Positions 59,301 through 64,000 of a stretch of DNA of 64,000 bases are shown here, in pieces. The translations under genes were made by a program, and so were the position numbers. Source of the DNA: Acanthaster planci (lineage: Eukaryota); the NCBI RefSeq assembly GCF_001949145.1, contig NW_019091359.1, positions 3,450,431 to 3,514,430 on the forward strand. The letters run 5' to 3'. The notes below the pieces were generated by a model that saw only the letters and a program-made list of their open reading frames with translations, was not told where the DNA came from and searched no databases. How positions within the stretch are numbered: the stretch's first letter is position 1; every line of letters begins with the position of its first letter.

Positions 59301-62228
59301 GAAATGGTTGACCCAGAGTTACCAGTACTGAACCAGCCGATCAGTGGTTCCATCATTGATGGACACCCTGATGACTTGACTGCAGATGTCAACGGTTGGT
59401 TTCATAGCATTGAACAGCCATCAGAAGCAAGCAGCATTGTTGGATCAGATGTAACACCCGATCCTGTCACAGAAGAAAGCATGCAGTGGACTGCCATCAA
59501 ATCTCTATCTACTGATGGAAACCAAATGGTGGTTGAACCAAACTGGAATGAGCTTAGACTCTGGTTTTCTGAGGATAATAATAAGGAAATAGCTCCCCCA
59601 AAGCCTGCAGTTTGCTGTGCTGGAACCAGTCTGCCTGTCTTCATGAATACAATAACAGATCATGAAGCAAACTCAGGACAAGGATTCTGCAGTTTGGAGA
59701 GCACGATCAACAGGCTTCGAGCAAGTCTTTGCAGTACAGATCAAAGATCTTGTGTAGTTCAGCTGGAGGACTTACAGCAAGTTACAAAAAGTAACTCTCC
59801 GACAGGTAGCCAATACACTTCTCATTGTAAATCAATCAAAAATCAATGTGGACAACTAAATGGAAAAACAGACAAACAGTCACTAATCTTTGACCAAAAC
59901 CAAACCAGTCAACAAGCCACCAAGCAATGGCCACTCCACCAAAGGTCAGTAGCTGAAGCAGGAGTCAAGCTGAAACCATCCACTATCAACTCCCAGTCAA
60001 CTTATGCACAGTCAGCAAACAAATGTGTAACAACTCGATGGTCTTCCAACCAAGATGCAACAAGTCATTGCACAACGATACAAAAGCCAACTCAGCAACA
60101 GGATACCAACCATTTAATTATCAATCAACCAGCAACTGATCAAAAATCAAGCCAACTGCCAGCTGATGGAAGTGAAGAGAAAGTAGAGAATAAAACAACC
60201 AGACGGAGGAATAGTTTGAACTGCACAGACAATGCCTCACACAACAAGGCAGAAACACTCTTGTTGGCTGCATGCACATCACCCAGCAACATTCTCAACC
60301 AACAACCCAGATCAAATCCAAAATCAGAAGTTCAGCCAGAAAGTTCCACACACAGTACCGAAATCTCCAGCTGTTCTGAAACTGTGGAAGTATTGATACA
60401 ACATGGAGAGGACAGTGCAGATTTATTCACGAGAACAAGGAGCAATACAAGCACCTCTTCCGAAAGCTGTGTCTTAATTAGTCCAGATGTTGGAAGGTCA
60501 AACAAGGGGCAAAGTATGGACCAGTCTGGCAAAGAGAAACTTGTGCGTGAAAAAGATTGCAAAATGGATCGTGATCGTCATCAAACAGGAATGCTAAAAC
60601 CATCAGAGGCTACATCTGTCTCATCTGGAGTTCCCAAAGCAATGAGGGCTGGATACGAGTTGGAGAAAGCACCAGTTCAAACTGAGTCCAGACATCAACT
60701 ATTGGATTCATTGTTGTCTTTTGCTGTTCAAGAGTACAAGCAGATTACTGAGTCTTCTACTGGTAAGGAGAATATGTCAAACTCAGGGGACATTGACACC
60801 AAGTCAGAGATTAATTCAACACAGGGAGACCTGGAGTTAACCCATCCATGGAGCAGTGACCGATTTGAAGATAGTAAGGCTGTAAGCAGTTCAGAAGAGT
60901 CCAATATCACAACTGAGGAAATCCATGCAAGGATTCTAAATGCACCTGAAGACTTATTGTCTGGTATTAATCTGTTGCCAGAACACAGGCCAAATGAAGT
61001 GGTCAGTTTTCACACTGGGCGGTTTGCTGTTTCAAACGTGAAACCATACCAGAGTGGAGCTTGTGCATGGGGTAAGTCTTGTCATTCCAGTGTTCAGACC
61101 AGTAATAGTGTTGCCAAATTGGCAGTTCAAAGAAACTACATAAAGAAAAAGCATGAAGTACTAGGACTAGAAAACTGTCCCAAACTTGACAAGACCAGAG
61201 AAACCCATTCTGACTCAGATGGGAGTGACTTCGAGGTTGTCCAGGATGTGCGCTCCACATGGTCACTCAGTGGAAAGAGGAAAAAAAGCGAGCCATATTC
61301 TTGGCCACAAAAGAAAGGAGAAGCCCTCTATCAAAGGGAGATACCGGGAGGCAGGTCTAAGGAAGCAAGTGAGAATGGCAGCCCAAAGATAGCTAAATAT
61401 GACCAGGCAAGACGGAAGACAAGTGAGCATTGTTCTCCATTGAAGACAAAGGAGACATCACAAATCCCTGAAAAAGAACCGATGAAGGTAGTAGTTGAGC
61501 CAGAGGTCATGTCATTGCTAGTGAAAGAAAGAAAGGAAGAAAATCCTAAATCTACAAAGAATAAGTCTAATTCAGCAGAGGTGGCAGCAAAAGGAAAGAC
61601 AACCACCTCATCTCCATCCCATGGATACAATCTCAGAGCAGTCAACCATGCCATCAAATATTTTGTTGCTGGCTCAAGCACAGAGACTGACCTGTCCAGT
61701 GGAATGTCTGGAGAAGACACAAGGACTAGAATGGGTTACAGTCTGAGAAGCTTAGCACACAGTAATGCAAAGTCTGCTACAAGAACATTAAAGAGACCTC
61801 AAAGAACTTCCATGGCAATGGGAAGGAAGCCTCCATCTCACAGGGCCCAAACAAGGTACTCACTACAGTGTGATGAATACAAGTGCACCAGAACATCAAG
61901 AAATGCTTCTGGGAAGAAAGACAGAAGTCTTGCCAAGTCCCCATCCAAGGGTAGGTTGGTCACCACTGGCAACTGCATCTCTGATCACAACAACAATTGC
62001 GGCAATGATACCATGGGTACCAGTGGCAGCCATGCCAGCAGCAACATCAGCCCCTCTTCTCCAGACAAAAAGTTGCTTTCACCAACTCACTCCAAGAAGG
62101 CTTCTCCAAAACAGATGACTGATTTCCATGGTAGACTTGCAGCTGTCGAAAATCCTCAGTTACCATGGGAGACTAAACCCCCTATTCGCACTTACTCCTC
62201 CAGAAAGAGCCTTTCATCCATACTGTAA
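53238..62228 (+). CDS. RLF/ZNF292/ZNF654-like helical-domain protein with a long disordered tail and no C2H2 fingers, spliced model ~1633 aa
   Basis: Exons 53238-53373, 54825-55054, 56173-56287, 56719-56897, 57987-62228, GT-AG, phases 1/0/1/0. The gene structure is clear; the family call is by remembered similarity (e.g. CYLLSELLIGDTSLKQLCLLTAFTITPT, EWKQLRGKCL). Confidence 0.8.
54825..55054 (+). CDS. gene 3 exon (..VKALLEEGLYEKALSLAYDCYHDPEL..)
   Basis: cttctag| ... gag|gtgaga, 230 nt. Confidence 0.88.
55331..55929 (-). mobile_element. family A copy 3, reverse orientation, in a gene 3 intron
   Basis: ttaa|ccacattgcgctggg ... cagcggtaagtgg|ttaa; core is the reverse complement of copies 1 and 2. 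Confidence 0.8.
56173..56287 (+). CDS. gene 3 exon (VKQLDSMTHVYPAAK..)
   Basis: tctcag| ... gcg|gtaagg, 115 nt. Confidence 0.85.
56719..56897 (+). CDS. gene 3 exon (..KVTTLWVNLLWAQ..LVKIIHAE)
   Basis: ctgtag| ... gag|gtaagg, 179 nt. Confidence 0.88.
57987..62228 (+). CDS. gene 3 giant terminal coding exon (4242 nt)
   Basis: ttttcag|GTT; uninterrupted 1413-codon frame to TAA at 62226-62228. Confidence 0.93.
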   Translation, partial: VGKHSLVICVNLCLMALQQPVKDPQNNLVNASRIDTNNSALCYLLSELLIGDTSLKQLCLLTAFTITPTKELFTDLDKLYKSGEIRVPVVPLLPSCLSCVLVHGMYSLLPSTISPLVEWKQLRGKCLKYLHSSTVLNVQLKEPNRVMTIKVFVKEMGSDDSEDEEGEKPAELATETEEFSEKAEQSPVIAHTEWELQWLSDMMSLDMTWQPHWVTNDDQPSISGSTDPATSCPQHSELSAGADLVQTQEDVPPCKVVLCNSNDTLFSHYHLLENRPKDETLIQPVEEESSASLGTALQEDHAYSLPPCCEDKQKPTEELDPKLSNAEKQDAVRTFDVVQVSSDQEHNQDVEVTWDTEDVQLASGVPVEKSLQNYDMSSCEAVFCSDKQGHKVPTTGEKGLDDLASELKCFEGPDNLDKPSVDGGDLAVHQNFLADLKDEMVDPELPVLNQPISGSIIDGHPDDLTADVNGWFHSIEQPSEASSIVGSDVTPDPVTEESMQWTAIKSLSTDGNQMVVEPNWNELRLWFSEDNNKEIAPPKPAVCCAGTSLPVFMNTITDHEANSGQGFCSLESTINRLRASLCSTDQRSCVVQLEDLQQVTKSNSPTGSQYTSHCKSIKNQCGQLNGKTDKQSLIFDQNQTSQQATKQWPLHQRSVAEAGVKLKPSTINSQSTYAQSANKCVTTRWSSNQDATSHCTTIQKPTQQQDTNHLIINQPATDQKSSQLPADGSEEKVENKTTRRRNSLNCTDNASHNKAETLLLAACTSPSNILNQQPRSNPKSEVQPESSTHSTEISSCSETVEVLIQHGEDSADLFTRTRSNTSTSSESCVLISPDVGRSNKGQSMDQSGKEKLVREKDCKMDRDRHQTGMLKPSEATSVSSGVPKAMRAGYELEKAPVQTESRHQLLDSLLSFAVQEYKQITESSTGKENMSNSGDIDTKSEINSTQGDLELTHPWSSDRFEDSKAVSSSEESNITTEEIHARILNAPEDLLSGINLLPEHRPNEVVSFHTGRFAVSNVKPYQSGACAWGKSCHSSVQTSNSVAKLAVQRNYIKKKHEVLGLENCPKLDKTRETHSDSDGSDFEVVQDVRSTWSLSGKRKKSEPYSWPQKKGEALYQREIPGGRSKEASENGSPKIAKYDQARRKTSEHCSPLKTKETSQIPEKEPMKVVVEPEVMSLLVKERKEENPKSTKNKSNSAEVAAKGKTTTSSPSHGYNLRAVNHAIKYFVAGSSTETDLSSGMSGEDTRTRMGYSLRSLAHSNAKSATRTLKRPQRTSMAMGRKPPSHRAQTRYSLQCDEYKCTRTSRNASGKKDRSLAKSPSKGRLVTTGNCISDHNNNCGNDTMGTSGSHASSNISPSSPDKKLLSPTHSKKASPKQMTDFHGRLAAVENPQLPWETKPPIRTYSSRKSLSSIL

Positions 62229-64000
62229 TACTGATTCTAAAAACTCAAACAGGTTGTTTTACTGACAGTCCTCACTTGTTGATTAAGAACCAATGTAACA
62301 AAGGATTAGTCCATCTGAAGTGTTTGATTTTTAGCAGGATGAAATTTTTAGCTGTTGAGAATTGAGCCCAAACTGAAGTCCTACTTAACAGCAATATTTG
62401 TAATTTGAAAATTTTGAATTTGTTTTTGTATATTGATATGTATCAAAACATCCAGATCCAACTGATTATTTGCCAAGCCAACTCAAATAGGATTGATGTC
62501 TAAAACAGAAAGAAATGCAATGCAGAAACAGAGACATCTCTAGTGAATATGCATTAGTTAAACATGTTTCAAGTTTAAGGAAAAATGTTTTGGAACTGTC
62601 CAAATGGTGAAAATTACCATCTCCAAAACAGCCATTTAAAAATATTCAAAAGCTGGTGAGCCTTGACAGACTGCAAAACTTATCAGTACTGTTACCACAA
62701 GGAATATTCTTTGCAATCTCAAGTCTTGTGCAGTCATTGGTTAGTTTTCTTATGTCATCAAAGAACATGCAAGACTACAGAGAAGCTTGAAACTGTGGAA
62801 GCGTTTGCCGCAGGTTTATGAGGGAAGGAAAGAAATACTTCTCCTGTAACGATCAAAGTGACATCGTTTGTTTACAATCAGAGATTATTGACAAAAACTG
62901 AATATAGAGATACATGTATGTGCTTCATATGTAGATGAATATCTTGTTACATTTGGTGCATTTTACTTAACATCTGCTGCCCTTGTATCACTTTTTAAAC
63001 AGATTTTAATTTTTGGCAAAAGTACACAGGTTTTGATTCTTGTGTTCAAAGTAGGCCCTGTCTATCAAACAGTGAAGTGTCTGCATATTGTTTGTAAATA
63101 AGAACGTATTTGTATTTTTCCACTTTCAGAGAGACATTCTGCTTATTTATATTTTTTTCAAAGGAGATTTTTTTATTTTGTTTGATATATATCATACTTC
63201 TGTAATCATTGTTTAAAAAACTTTAATTATGCAAATGATGATGCTCTACTTTATTTCAAAATGGAGTGATTTGATACCATATTGCCAGGATTTGTACCCT
63301 AGAGTGTCAGAATTTCTTGTAGTTTTTCTGTGTGGAAGTACCAGAAACAAATTGAAGAGCAAAGTGCCTACATGTTAAACCAAAATTGTAGTTTAGCCAT
63401 GAATTGGTTTTGCTAACTTGCTAGAATTCTGTTAATGTTTGTTGTGAAGGGATACCTTCACATTTATAGAGATTTCCATTGTTGCTATACATTGATTGCA
63501 CGGAGTCAGTCAGTCTGTGATATTTAAGAAAATTCTTAAATAGCATTAGAAAGTTGGGCCAGGAAAGTTGGGTATTACTAAAAGAAAAACCTTTGAAGTG
63601 TTCAAATTCATGTTGACTTGGCTATTTTCCAGCTACTACATTTTACTGAAATCAATTCTTGTTTTGAAGAAGTTCAAAAGTAGAACTTGTACATGTAGAA
63701 ATAGAGATGTGTGGGTTAAAGTGATCACACTCACCGGTAGTTCTGAATGTGTCACGAACTCCTGATGTACATGTGTACCCATTTCTTTTTCCTATTTTGT
63801 GTTAACTTGTTTATGACGTTATTAAAGATAGAAATAATTCCTTTAATTTATGCTGTGTCACATTATCATGCTGTGGTCATACATACATTGCTGTGCATAT
63901 AGTTGACTTTGTTAATAGAGACTAGTGTTGGTGGTCGAGCCTTGTCGGAGAACCAAGTTCTTTATGTACGTGTATATTGTATTATATATATTGTATATTG

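Noticed and set aside
58230..61720. Antisense ORFs overlapping the giant exon
   Set aside because: Typical shadow ORFs of a long coding exon, with no independent features

Overview
Eukaryotic (animal, probably marine invertebrate) genomic DNA: AT-rich, GT-AG spliced genes, many non-autonomous DNA-transposon remnants, tandem repeats and three N gaps. Three protein-coding genes can be reconstructed by reading splice sites. (1) PFKFB (6-phosphofructo-2-kinase/fructose-2,6-bisphosphatase) on +, with 14 core exons (18233-28290), at least two candidate alternative first coding exons (1755-1800, 12154-12220) and two or three candidate alternative terminal exons; the one at 36156-36329 resembles the PFKFB1/4 tail. 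(2) A complete IRAK4-like death-domain kinase on - (49709->42108, 10 coding exons, ~528 aa), RD-type but with Phe in place of the usual Tyr gatekeeper. (3) Head-to-head with IRAK4, a ~1633-aa gene on + (53238-62228) whose N-terminus resembles the helical domain of vertebrate RLF/ZNF292/ZNF654 but with no visible C2H2 zinc fingers. Other notable structure: a 75-bp in-frame tandem repeat that multiplies a PFKFB exon end plus its splice donor, a second repeat starting exactly at another donor, a ~470-bp fold-back between the convergent PFKFB and IRAK4 ends, a decayed Tc1 element and several MITE families. Family assignments rest on motifs and on my recollection of reference proteins, not on database searches.
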